Assembly (NCBI GenBank): GCA_043747615.1
Contig: JAYTOU010000090.1
Coordinates: 1 to 27,201 of the forward strand
Length of the DNA stretch: 27,201 nt
Origin: Myxococcales bacterium
Lineage (GTDB): Bacteria; Myxococcota_A; Polyangia; Polyangiales; Polyangiaceae
Direction: 5' to 3'
Positions 11,925-20,840 of this stretch are shown here, in pieces; position 1 is the stretch's first letter, and every line of letters begins with the position of its first letter. A program made the position numbers and the translations under genes. Under the pieces are notes generated by a model. It had not been told where the DNA came from. It did not search any database and worked only from the letters and a program-made list of their open reading frames with translations.

Positions 11925-12983
11925 GTGCACGTCGCGCTCCTCGGCTTCGGACGCTTCGGACGAGCCCTCGCCGGGCTGGTCGAGAACGCCGGCGAGACAG
12001 TCTCTGCGTGGGATCCTCACGCCGACATTCCGGCGCCATGGAAAGCGCCTTCGATCGAAGCGCTCGTCACGGGGGCCGATCTGGTGGTCGTCGCCGTTCC
12101 GGTGCCCGTGCTTCCGAACGCACTCGCGCAGATCGCAGCGTTTCTAACGCCGACGCAGCTGGTGATCGACGTCGGGAGCGTGAAGGTCCATCCCGTCGAA
12201 GCACTCGAGAGCGCGCTTTCTGATCGCATTCCGTGGGTGGGGACGCACCCGCTCTTCGGGCCTCTCAGCCTCGCGTTGGCCGAGCGCCCGCTGCGCGTCG
12301 TCGTCTGCCCGAACATCAAGCAGCCTGGGGCCGCACCGCGTGCACGAGCGTTTTTCGAGCACCTTGGGTGCGAGGTCATCGAGCAGGATCCGCGCGAGCA
12401 CGATCGCCTGATGGCTCGCACGCACGCCCTCACGTTCTTCGTCGCCAAGGGAATGATCGACGCTGGGGCTTCCGCGCCCGTGCCTTTCGCGCCCGCATCG
12501 TTCCAGGGAATCCTCCGGACGATCGAGGCGGTGCGCTCCGACGCCGGGCATCTCTTCCGGGCGATTCAGCTCGAAAATCCGTACGCGGCCGATGCACGAC
12601 GCGAGCTCCTCGACGCGCTCCACAAGGTAGACGAAGCGCTCTTGCACGCGCCGCCGGAGACCACGGGGAGCGCATCCACCGCCGACGAAGGGCTGATCAT
12701 CCCGGACCTCGGCGCGCTCTCCCCGGAGCTCAGGGAAACACGCGTGCACATCGATGCCATCGATCGCGAGATCACCGGTCTGCTGGCGCAGCGGGCAGAG
12801 CTTGCGGAGCGTGCCGCCCACGCCAAGAGCATTCTCGGCCATGGTGTGCTTGATCCGGCGCGCGAGGCCGAGCTACGAAATGCGCGGCGCTCGTGGGCCG
12901 ACGAGCTAGGCCTCGATCCAGACTCGGTGGACGAGGTTTTCCAGGCGATTTTACGCTTCTCGCGGCGCGCGCAACGCACCTGA
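11925..12983 (+). CDS. tyrA: Prephenate/arogenate dehydrogenase fused to a C-terminal chorismate mutase
   Basis: GFGRFG Rossmann motif, DVGSVK, THPLFGP and EHDRLMA. The C-terminal LRETRVHIDAIDREITGLLAQR...K...DPARE...ILRFSR is an AroQ-type chorismate mutase. Confidence 0.88.
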   Translation: MHVALLGFGRFGRALAGLVENAGETVSAWDPHADIPAPWKAPSIEALVTGADLVVVAVPVPVLPNALAQIAAFLTPTQLVIDVGSVKVHPVEALESALSDRIPWVGTHPLFGPLSLALAERPLRVVVCPNIKQPGAAPRARAFFEHLGCEVIEQDPREHDRLMARTHALTFFVAKGMIDAGASAPVPFAPASFQGILRTIEAVRSDAGHLFRAIQLENPYAADARRELLDALHKVDEALLHAPPETTGSASTADEGLIIPDLGALSPELRETRVHIDAIDREITGLLAQRAELAERAAHAKSILGHGVLDPAREAELRNARRSWADELGLDPDSVDEVFQAILRFSRRAQRT

Positions 12984-13254
12984 CGTTCGCGCAGCTCACG
13001 TACCGACCGTCGCTTCGACGCCTGGAATCCAGCGCCATTCGTGTACCGGAGAGCTCGCGGACCACCAGCCGTGGTGCATCGTGATGTCGCCCCCGTGAAG
13101 CGCTGGTCACGTTGGAAGATCCGCCCAGGGGTGGGCGTTTCACGGCACCCCAATGGCGCCACCGAGGCACGATTTCCCGCAGATTCCCCATCGCGCTAGT
13201 CCCCGGGCGGCAAAGTTGCTACTCCGTGGCCCCGGCCGAACCCCGGCGTACCCC

Positions 13255-16200
13255 ATGAGCGAAAACGAAACCCAAGAGTCCGAGCCGAAGCTCCCGCCCA
13301 TGACCGGCGAAACCGTCACCGAAGGCGTCGACGAAGACGCTGGCGAAGAAGGCGCCGGGTTGGCCGACGGCGAAACCACGACGGACGACGCGGCCGCGGA
13401 AGAGAAATCCACGGAGCTCGGCAAGGAGGAAGCGCAGAGCGGGCCTCCCCTGCTCGACCGCGGGAATGCTCTGCGGAAATTTCGCGGAGGGCTCACGGCG
13501 GGCCTGGGCTCGCTCTTCGCGTTTCTCCTCATGGCGCACAACGCGCAGCTCCGGCTGGGTGTGCCGTTAGGGATGGTCTTCATCGCCGTTGCTGCCTGGG
13601 GAGTGATGGACTTCCTCGGCACCTTCGACGACGCCGACGAGCACGTGGTCCACGCCACGACGCTCCGCTATCTGGCGGGTCCGATCCTTCGCATGCTCGG
13701 CTCGACGTTCCTCTTTGCGGGCGCGCTCATGGGCGGCGCGAGCGGCCTCTTCGCGCAGTGGCTCTGGGGGCTCATCATCACCGCCGTCTTCCTCCTCCTC
13801 GTGGCGAGCATCTACGATCTCGGGGTTAAACTCGGCCCGTTCGCGACGGACGAGCTTGGCCTCCCGCGTCCGCTTTGGCGTCGCCACGGCTTCTGGGTGA
13901 TCACCGCGGGCGCCGTCCTATACCTTCCGATGCTCGGTAGCTTCTCGCTCATCGATCCCTGGGAGACCCACTACGGAGAAGTGGCGCGCGAGATCCTCAC
14001 GCGTGACGACTGGATTTCGCTCTGGTGGGCGCAAGACGGTTGGTTCTGGTCGAAGCCGATCCTGAACTTCTGGATGCAGTCGATAGCGATGGCGTCGCTC
14101 GGCACGCACTACCAACCCGACCAAATGCTCCACGGCGTCAGCGCCTGGAACGCGCACCCCGAATGGGTGGTCCGCGCGCCGAACTTCTTGATCACGGTCG
14201 TCGCGATGTACCTGCTCTACAAGGGCGTCGCCAAGGTCTTCGGCCGCCGCGCCGGGCTCCTCGGCGGGTTGGTTCTTGCCACGATGCCGGACTGGTTTTT
14301 CCTCGCCCACCAGACGATGACCGACATGCCGTTCGTTGCGTCGATGACGGCAGCGATGGGCCTTCTTCTCCTCGGGTTGCACACCGCCGAGGAAGCGAAG
14401 GTCGGGGTCTACGAAGTTGCCGTTGGGGCGAGAGCCCGCTTCCGGCTCTCCGGGTGGCACGTCGTCTTCGGCGCCATTCTCGTCTGCGCGCTTCCGCAGA
14501 TTCTCTATCTCCTGTCGCGCAACCTCGAGCTCGTCCTTCACGGAAGCACGGCGCACGGATTTCGCGCGCATCTCGACGACTTCCACAGCGGCTCCGGCGG
14601 CGGAAATTGCGGCCTTCCCGGCAACGAAGCGTGCACTCTACAAAACCCCGCCAGCATCCCGCACGGCATCACTGCCCACCCTGAAGCGTTCGGGCAGCTC
14701 ATGCTCCGCTTCTTCGGCGCGTTCGAGCCGGCGCTCCAGGCGCTCTTGTGGTCGGTGATCCTGGGGTCGCTCCTTTACTTGAACTGGGGCGAGCGTCGTG
14801 TGCGGCGTCTCTTCTACATCGGCGCGTGGTTCTTCGCGGCGATTGCGACGATGGGCAAAGGACCTGCCGGCTTCATCTTGCCGATGATTTGCGCGTTCGC
14901 GTACGTATGCACGAAGAAGCGTTTCTCGGAGCTTCTCCGCCTGGAAATGCTGAGCGGCCTCCTCGTGATCCTGTGCGTGGCCATTCCTTGGTACGTGGCG
15001 ATGTACGTGCGGCATGGATCGCCGTTCACCGATCGCCTCATCTTCCACGACATGTTCAACCGCGCGTTCTCGCACGTGCACGACACGAACGAGGGCGACG
15101 ACACGAGCTTCCGCTTCTACATCTGGCAGCTCGGCTACGCGTGCTTTCCGTGGACGGCGCTCGCGCCCCTCGGCCTCGCGTATTGGCTTCGCCGCGGGGA
15201 CTCGGCGGATCGCGGTAAGGGCGATGCGTCGGTATTTTTGGCGATGTGGTTCATCTTTGCCTTCGCCCTCTTCTCGTTCATGGGAACGAAATTCCATCAC
15301 TACATCTTCCCGGCCGTTCCGCCGGTCGCAATGCTCATCGGCGTCGTCCTCGACGACATGCTCGGGAAAAAGACCCTCGCTCCAAAGATTGGTCAGCCGA
15401 TCTACCTGGCGATGCTCGGTGGCGTGATCACCCTCGCGGTGATCGGCATCGTCTACGCGTGGCCCGGAGGCACGGGCTCGATCCTCGGCCTCTCCGTGAG
15501 GACCGCGAACATGTACGTCGCGGGTGCGGGCGTGGTCCTCCTCCTCACGCGGCTCGCGTACGGCTTCCTTCCGCGCCCGAGCGAAGCGCTCAGCCAGGCG
15601 GTGACGGCCGGTGCGCCCCCGGAGCTCCACGCGCTTCACGATGCCGCGGAGAGCGAAGCGGAGATCGCCAAACGCACCGACCACGAGCAGCTGATGATCG
15701 GAGCTGCGGCGATCGCCGGAGCGTTCCTTCTCGGCCTCGTCGGTCGCGATCTCATCATCAAGCCCGAAAACGCGGACCAGCCCGGCGCAATCCGCCTGCT
15801 CCAGCTCTTCACCTACAACTACCGTCGAAGCTGGCCAGACAACCTCGACTTCAGCGCCGCGCTCGGGGCCTTCACGATCGTCGGCGTCGTCCTGGTGGTC
15901 GCGCTCAGCGTGCGCAAGATTCGTCCGCACATCGTCGCGGCGTTCGGGGTCTTCGCCTTCGTTTGGGCGCTCTGGGGTCTCGACGTGTACATGAAAGAGA
16001 CCGCGCAGCACTGGGGACAGCGCGAGCTGATCGAGGCTTACTACCAGGACAGAACCGGCCCCGAGCAGCCGCTCGTCGCCTACCAGATGAACTGGAAGGG
16101 CGAGAACTTCTACACGGGCAATCACGTTCCGGCATTCGTGTCATCGGGCGCCGCGTACACCAGCTGGGTGAAGGCGCAGCGCGACAAGGGCGTGAAGGTC

Positions 16201-16326
16201 GTCTACTTCGTGACCGAGCACTCGCGCACGGGAGGCCTCAAAGGCGAGACCGGCGCGAAGACCTACCGCGAGATCACCACCAAAGAGATCTGCAACAAGT
16301 TCGTCTTGGTCAGAGCCGAGCTCTAG
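13255..16326 (+). CDS. GT39/ArnT-like (GT-C fold) membrane glycosyltransferase
   Basis: Many hydrophobic segments. Motifs DPWETHYGEVAREI, SKPIL, TDMPF, MGKGPAG and TKFHHYIFPAVPP. ATG at 13255 (MSENE...) is preferred over 13153. Confidence 0.85.
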   Translation: MSENETQESEPKLPPMTGETVTEGVDEDAGEEGAGLADGETTTDDAAAEEKSTELGKEEAQSGPPLLDRGNALRKFRGGLTAGLGSLFAFLLMAHNAQLRLGVPLGMVFIAVAAWGVMDFLGTFDDADEHVVHATTLRYLAGPILRMLGSTFLFAGALMGGASGLFAQWLWGLIITAVFLLLVASIYDLGVKLGPFATDELGLPRPLWRRHGFWVITAGAVLYLPMLGSFSLIDPWETHYGEVAREILTRDDWISLWWAQDGWFWSKPILNFWMQSIAMASLGTHYQPDQMLHGVSAWNAHPEWVVRAPNFLITVVAMYLLYKGVAKVFGRRAGLLGGLVLATMPDWFFLAHQTMTDMPFVASMTAAMGLLLLGLHTAEEAKVGVYEVAVGARARFRLSGWHVVFGAILVCALPQILYLLSRNLELVLHGSTAHGFRAHLDDFHSGSGGGNCGLPGNEACTLQNPASIPHGITAHPEAFGQLMLRFFGAFEPALQALLWSVILGSLLYLNWGERRVRRLFYIGAWFFAAIATMGKGPAGFILPMICAFAYVCTKKRFSELLRLEMLSGLLVILCVAIPWYVAMYVRHGSPFTDRLIFHDMFNRAFSHVHDTNEGDDTSFRFYIWQLGYACFPWTALAPLGLAYWLRRGDSADRGKGDASVFLAMWFIFAFALFSFMGTKFHHYIFPAVPPVAMLIGVVLDDMLGKKTLAPKIGQPIYLAMLGGVITLAVIGIVYAWPGGTGSILGLSVRTANMYVAGAGVVLLLTRLAYGFLPRPSEALSQAVTAGAPPELHALHDAAESEAEIAKRTDHEQLMIGAAAIAGAFLLGLVGRDLIIKPENADQPGAIRLLQLFTYNYRRSWPDNLDFSAALGAFTIVGVVLVVALSVRKIRPHIVAAFGVFAFVWALWGLDVYMKETAQHWGQRELIEAYYQDRTGPEQPLVAYQMNWKGENFYTGNHVPAFVSSGAAYTSWVKAQRDKGVKVVYFVTEHSRTGGLKGETGAKTYREITTKEICNKFVLVRAEL

Positions 16327-16351
16327 ACCGCGTGACGTTTCATCGCGCGAC

Positions 16352-17212
16352 CTAATTCGAGGCGATCAAACCGCGGAGTTGCTCGGGGGCGATCGCGTAC
16401 TGCTTGCCGCAGTAGTCGCAGGCGATTTCGAGAGGCTCGCCGCCGTCGAGCAACTCCTGGACGTCGGCGCGTGGGAGCGTCGAGAGGCTGATCAGCATGC
16501 GCTCGTGACTACACGGGCAGCCAAAGCTGAGAGGCACTTCGCCGACCGTGGTGGACGGCATCCCGTAAAGAATTTCGGAGAGGAGATCCGCGGGGCCCGC
16601 TTTTCCGGCGGCGAGGAGAGGCTCGATCTTTTCGAAATCCTTCAGGCGCTCCGTCATGACCATCAGTGGCCCCTCGCCGACCTCCGGAAGGAGCTGCACG
16701 ATGTAGCCCGCGGCTCCGGCGAGATCTTCGCCTTCGAAGCGACAGCCCACCGCGACCATGGACACGATCTGCTCCGAGGTCTGCAAGTAGCTCATGAGAG
16801 CGCCGGAAATTCCCAGCTCCTCGCCGACGGAGACCACCCCTTGGTGGATGGCGCCGTTGTGCAGCGTCCGGGCGACCTGGAGGACCGATTTTGCGCCGAG
16901 GGCGACGTTCGTCATCGAAGCGCCGAGCTGCAAGAGTCCGCGCGTGGTCCCGTCGGGCTGGGCGTCGGTGATGATGCGGCTGCGCCCGTCGTCTCCCTGG
17001 AGGATGGTCTGGATCCGGAGGTCGGGGGAGAGCGTTTCGCGAATGAGGATCGCGCCGATGACGAGCTCGCCGAAGAGGCGGGCCATCTTTTCGGGGACTT
17101 TCTGAGCCCGAAGGATGCCGCGCACGGTCTCGGTGGCCTCAATGGTGATCACCCGGAAGGCGCCGTCGTCGGTCATCGCGCGGAGGGCGCGGTCGGAGGT
17201 CGTACCAGGCAT
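16352..17212 (-). CDS. hslO: Hsp33 redox-regulated chaperone
   Basis: YLQTSEQI, AAGYIVQLLP and C-terminal CPCS...CDYCG zinc ligands. Confidence 0.93.
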   Translation of the reverse strand: MPGTTSDRALRAMTDDGAFRVITIEATETVRGILRAQKVPEKMARLFGELVIGAILIRETLSPDLRIQTILQGDDGRSRIITDAQPDGTTRGLLQLGASMTNVALGAKSVLQVARTLHNGAIHQGVVSVGEELGISGALMSYLQTSEQIVSMVAVGCRFEGEDLAGAAGYIVQLLPEVGEGPLMVMTERLKDFEKIEPLLAAGKAGPADLLSEILYGMPSTTVGEVPLSFGCPCSHERMLISLSTLPRADVQELLDGGEPLEIACDYCGKQYAIAPEQLRGLIASN

Positions 17213-17388
17213 CTCGTCTCTTATATGCCGCCCTCTTCAGGGAAACCAAGTCCGCTATCGCCGAGCTGCCCCTGGCTTTTTTGTGAAGAGCGCTTAAACT
17301 GAATGGTGATTCATTATTCCTCCGCGGTGAGGGACGGCACACGAGCCGTACTCGGTAGCTGCGGACGAACCCCCTCAAGGAGCAAGGC

Positions 17389-19245
17389 GTGTCCAAACCC
17401 ATTCAGACGATCAATCGGTACAAGGCTGACCTCCGCGAGCTGAATTTCTTGGTCTTCGAGCAATTCCGGCTTGGTGAGATCCTCGGGAAGGCGCCGTTCG
17501 AGGCCTGGGGCGAGGAAGAGGTCAAGACCTCGCTCAGCGAATGCTACCGCTTCGTCCGCGAGGTGACCGGCCCGCTCAACGCCATCGGCGACGCCACGGG
17601 ATGCACTCTGACGGACGGCCAGGTCACGACGCCCCCCGGCTTTCGCGAAGCCTGGAAAAAGCTCTACGAGGCTGGCTGGAAATTAATCTCGGTGGACCCG
17701 GCGCACGGCGGCGCAGGCGCGCCTCAGACCGTGCATGTCCTGATCGAAGAGCTCCTCAGCGGATCGAACGCCGCGTTCAACATGTATCCGGGTCTGGCCT
17801 CTGGGGTCGCCGAGTGCATCGCGTCGTTCGCGACGCCGGAGCAGACGGAGCTCTACGGTTCGCGTTGTTTCGACGGAAGGTGGGGCGGCACGATGTGCCT
17901 CACGGAGCCGCAAGCCGGCAGCGACGTCGGCTCAAGCCGCACCACGGCCGTCAAAAACCCGGACGGCGGCTACGCGATCCGAGGCACGAAGATTTACATT
18001 TCCGGCGGTGACCACGATCTCACCGAGAACATCGTTCACCTCGTGCTCGCGCGCGTCGACGGCGCTCCCGCAGGCACCAAGGGGCTCACGCTCTTCATCG
18101 TTCCGAAGTTCCGGGTGAACGCTGAGGGCGTGGTCGGCGAATCGAACGACGTTCACTGTGCCAACATCGAGCACAAGATGGGGATCAACGGATCGGCCAC
18201 GTGCGTCCTCAACTTCGGCGACAACGGAAAGTGCATCGGGTATCCGGTCGGCGGCGACAGCAAGCTCAATCAGGGCATGTCGCAGATGTTCAAAATGATG
18301 AATGGCGCGCGTATCGCGGTTGGAATTCAAGGCGTCGGCGTGGCTTCCACGGCCTTTCTGAATGCCCTCGAGTACGCGCGGGAGCGAAAGCAGGGCGCAT
18401 CGATCGATCACTGGAAAGACGCTACGGCCCCGCGGGTTCCGATCATCGAGCACTCCGACGTGCGACGCATGCTGATCGACATGAAGGCGCGGGTAGAAGG
18501 AGTTCGCGCCCTCGCCGTAAAGCTCGCGCACCATGTCGATTGCGTCCACGTGAACGCCGGTAAGGACGAAGGCCAGGTCGCCTACCACCAAGGACAAGTC
18601 GATCTTCTCGTCCCGCTGGTCAAAGCCTACGGCTCCGATCAAGCCTTCCGCGTGTGCGAAGAGGCCATCCAGACCTACGGCGGCGCGGGCTTCACGCGCG
18701 ACTATCCGGTCGAGCAGTACTGCCGCGACTCGAAGATCTTCTCCATTTACGAAGGGACGAACTTCATCCAGTCGATGGATCTCGTGGGGCGAAAGCTCGG
18801 GCAGGCGGGCGGCGCGAATCTTCAAGCGTTCCTCGCCGACATCGGAAAATTCGTGACGACTCATCAGAACCATCCGACGGTCGGACCGGCGACGAAGCGC
18901 CTCGGCCTCGCCCAGGAAGCTCTGGCCGGCGCCGCGATGAAGCTCTTGTCGTGGTTTCAGTCGGGCGGAATGGCGATGGTGCCGCTCTACGCGACGCGCT
19001 TCCTCGAGATGATGAGCGAGGTGTGCGTGGCTTGGCTGATGCTCGACGGCGCGGTCATCGCCGAGGAGAAGCTGAAGACCGTTGCCAAAGCTCACCCCGA
19101 CGCCGCGTTCTACGCTGGGAAGATCCAAGCCGCGCTCTACTACGCGCGCGCCGTCCTTCCGGCCGTCGAGCTCAAGGCGAAGCAGATGCTCGAAGAAGAT
19201 CGCAGCCCGCTGGACATCTCGGACGCGGGGTTTGCTTCCGTATAG
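17389..19245 (+). CDS. Acyl-CoA dehydrogenase (long ~600-aa subfamily)
   Basis: GTMCLTEPQAGSDVG, GTKIYISGGDHD, EHKMGINGSAT, YARERKQG, IQTYGGAG and IYEGTNFIQ. AAGGAG RBS precedes the GTG. Confidence 0.95.
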   Translation: MSKPIQTINRYKADLRELNFLVFEQFRLGEILGKAPFEAWGEEEVKTSLSECYRFVREVTGPLNAIGDATGCTLTDGQVTTPPGFREAWKKLYEAGWKLISVDPAHGGAGAPQTVHVLIEELLSGSNAAFNMYPGLASGVAECIASFATPEQTELYGSRCFDGRWGGTMCLTEPQAGSDVGSSRTTAVKNPDGGYAIRGTKIYISGGDHDLTENIVHLVLARVDGAPAGTKGLTLFIVPKFRVNAEGVVGESNDVHCANIEHKMGINGSATCVLNFGDNGKCIGYPVGGDSKLNQGMSQMFKMMNGARIAVGIQGVGVASTAFLNALEYARERKQGASIDHWKDATAPRVPIIEHSDVRRMLIDMKARVEGVRALAVKLAHHVDCVHVNAGKDEGQVAYHQGQVDLLVPLVKAYGSDQAFRVCEEAIQTYGGAGFTRDYPVEQYCRDSKIFSIYEGTNFIQSMDLVGRKLGQAGGANLQAFLADIGKFVTTHQNHPTVGPATKRLGLAQEALAGAAMKLLSWFQSGGMAMVPLYATRFLEMMSEVCVAWLMLDGAVIAEEKLKTVAKAHPDAAFYAGKIQAALYYARAVLPAVELKAKQMLEEDRSPLDISDAGFASV

Positions 19246-20166
19246 ATGCGCATTCGGGCCCGCGGACTCCCTTGGGTGATGGTGGTGATGGTGGTGATGG
19301 TGGTGATGGCGATCGGACCATCGGGCTGCAAGAGGAGCCCGATGGCCCGGATTGAAGGGCTCCGTGACGCTCTTGCGTCGGGTGAGGACGCGCGGATCTC
19401 TGGAGCAATCGAAGGACTCCCTCCGTGCGAAGCGCCGGTCGACGGCAAGCGCGCCTGCCTCGTCTCGATCGCCACGGCGCTTGGATCCAAGGAAGGTTTT
19501 CTCTCCACCGTTCCGAACCAGGCTTCCGCCGCAGCAACGGCCATCGTTCTCTTGCGCGACAAACATGGCGACTGGATCCCGGAGCCGGGCACCTGGCTCG
19601 CCTCGATGCGCGCAGCAAAAGGACCGGGCGCCGACACGCTCCGCCTGGCGGTGGCTCACGAGATGGCGCGTGCCGCACCGAAGCTCGCACACAAGGCGAC
19701 GGAAGAAACAGACGCGCGCGCGATGATGAAAGAGATCGCCGCAGCCATTCCGGGAGCGTGCGTCACGTACGCCGATCTCGGAGCCGGAGTCGACGACAAG
19801 ACGCTCCCGCCCGAGCGAACCTCGGATCATTCGCCCTGCGTTCAGCGCGATCTAGGAAGGGCCGGAGGGCCTGGAGGAACGTACGGCCAAGGGCTGTGGC
19901 GCGCGGGGATGGGGGCGGTGACGCTGTGGAAGGAGGAGGCGCTGATCCTTCGCGATGGATCGGCGCACATGGATGGAAAAGCGAAAGAGCGTCTTGTCGG
20001 AGAGCTCGCGATCATCGACGCCGCGTCCACCAAGATGGATATGAAGCCCGTCGAAACCCCGAAAAATGGAGCGTTTTATGCGATCGGCATCCACGACGAC
20101 GCGGGCGTGCTGTTGGCAGCGTCATCGGATGCCGGAGCGCGAGACGCAGGCGCGCTCAAGCACTGA
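19246..20166 (+). CDS. Hypothetical lipoprotein
   Basis: Starts immediately after the upstream TAG. Basic N-terminus, hydrophobic stretch and PSGC28 lipobox-like site. Four further Cys and a DAG-rich low-complexity tail. Confidence 0.7.
   Translation: MRIRARGLPWVMVVMVVMVVMAIGPSGCKRSPMARIEGLRDALASGEDARISGAIEGLPPCEAPVDGKRACLVSIATALGSKEGFLSTVPNQASAAATAIVLLRDKHGDWIPEPGTWLASMRAAKGPGADTLRLAVAHEMARAAPKLAHKATEETDARAMMKEIAAAIPGACVTYADLGAGVDDKTLPPERTSDHSPCVQRDLGRAGGPGGTYGQGLWRAGMGAVTLWKEEALILRDGSAHMDGKAKERLVGELAIIDAASTKMDMKPVETPKNGAFYAIGIHDDAGVLLAASSDAGARDAGALKH
19275..19309 (+). repeat. 9-bp tandem repeat (GGTGATGGT) x ~3.9
   Basis: Read directly. Encodes VMVVMVVMVVM in the signal peptide. Confidence 0.9.
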
Positions 20167-20422
20167 CCTTGTGCAGACCGCGGCCGGCTGGGTGTCCGTC
20201 TGACCGGTGCCGCGCATGAGCACGTGATCGGCGTGCCCACTCACCGAGGCCACGCACCGCTCCGATTTCTTTTCGCGCTTGCGTGAGGGTAAGGACGCGC
20301 AGTCGGTCGGCGTCGAGCGTTGCCGTCCACCGTTGCGCGGGCAACGGCGTGGAGACGCGCTCGCCGGCACACGACAGCTCTTCTCGAAGCGAGCCGTTTC
20401 ACGCTGAGACTCGCCCCGGTCC

Positions 20423-20451
20423 TTGACGAGAAGTGCGCGGAAAGCTACTCA
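20423..20451 (+). promoter_or_regulatory. Putative sigma-70 promoter of tRNA-Asn
   Basis: TTGACG, 17-nt spacer, TACTCA, ending 11 nt upstream of the tRNA. Confidence 0.5.
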
Positions 20452-20462
20452 TTCCGGCCAAT

Positions 20463-20538
20463 TCCGACTTAGCTCAGTTGGTAGAGCAGGCGACTGTTAA
20501 TCGCCGGGTCGCTGGTTCGAGTCCAGCAGTCGGAGCCA
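20463..20538 (+). tRNA. tRNA-Asn (GTT)
   Basis: 76 nt. Acceptor TCCGACT/AGTCGGA plus G-CCA, D arm AGCTCAGTTGGTAGAGC, anticodon arm GGCGA-CTGTTAA-TCGCC, T arm GCTGG-TTCGAGT-CCAGC. Confidence 0.98.
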
Positions 20539-20711
20539 CTTCTGCAAATGCGCAGGGGCGCGTGACCCGTTGGTGAACTCACCTCGGGGCGTTTTCCGCG
20601 GGAACGCGCGATCGCGCGCGCGCGGTGAGAACCGAAAGCGCTCCGCGGAGGCGCCTTCAGGGTGTGCCCGAGGCGGTTCTCTCGCCTCTTTGGGGCATGG
20701 AGAATGGAGAA

Positions 20712-20771
20712 GCTGACCCGCTGGTTTACTGCGGCTAACCAGTGGGTCGCCCGGCTGACCCGTGGGTTAGC
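20712..20771. repeat. Three ~18-bp imperfect palindromes, consensus GCTRACCC-NN-GGGTYAGC
   Basis: GCTGACCCGCTGGTTTAC (20712), GCTAACCAGTGGGTCGCC (20734) and GCTGACCCGTGGGTTAGC (20754). Confidence 0.7.
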
Positions 20772-20840
20772 AGTCCCTGCCTGTGCGGGCAATGACGAGG
20801 GGCTCGAGATGAACGAGTGGTGGCGGAGATGGGGCGGGCG

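Noticed and set aside
11925..12983. tyrA/CM as supplier of tyrosine for the PYP chromophore
   Set aside because: 8 kb away in a separate housekeeping operon, with no evidence of linkage.
13093..13145. Inverted repeat CCGTGAAGCG...CGTTTCACGG with inner hairpin as a possible riboswitch
   Set aside because: No recognisable riboswitch consensus. Could be a terminator or a chance structure.
17932..19830. 632-aa minus-strand ORF containing a poly-His run
   Set aside because: Antisense shadow of the acyl-CoA dehydrogenase and lipoprotein genes. The His run is just the reverse complement of the 9-bp repeat.
20712..20771. Mini CRISPR array or integron attC interpretation of the palindrome triplet
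   Set aside because: Gaps of only 2-4 nt, imperfect repeats, and no cas or integron-integrase genes.
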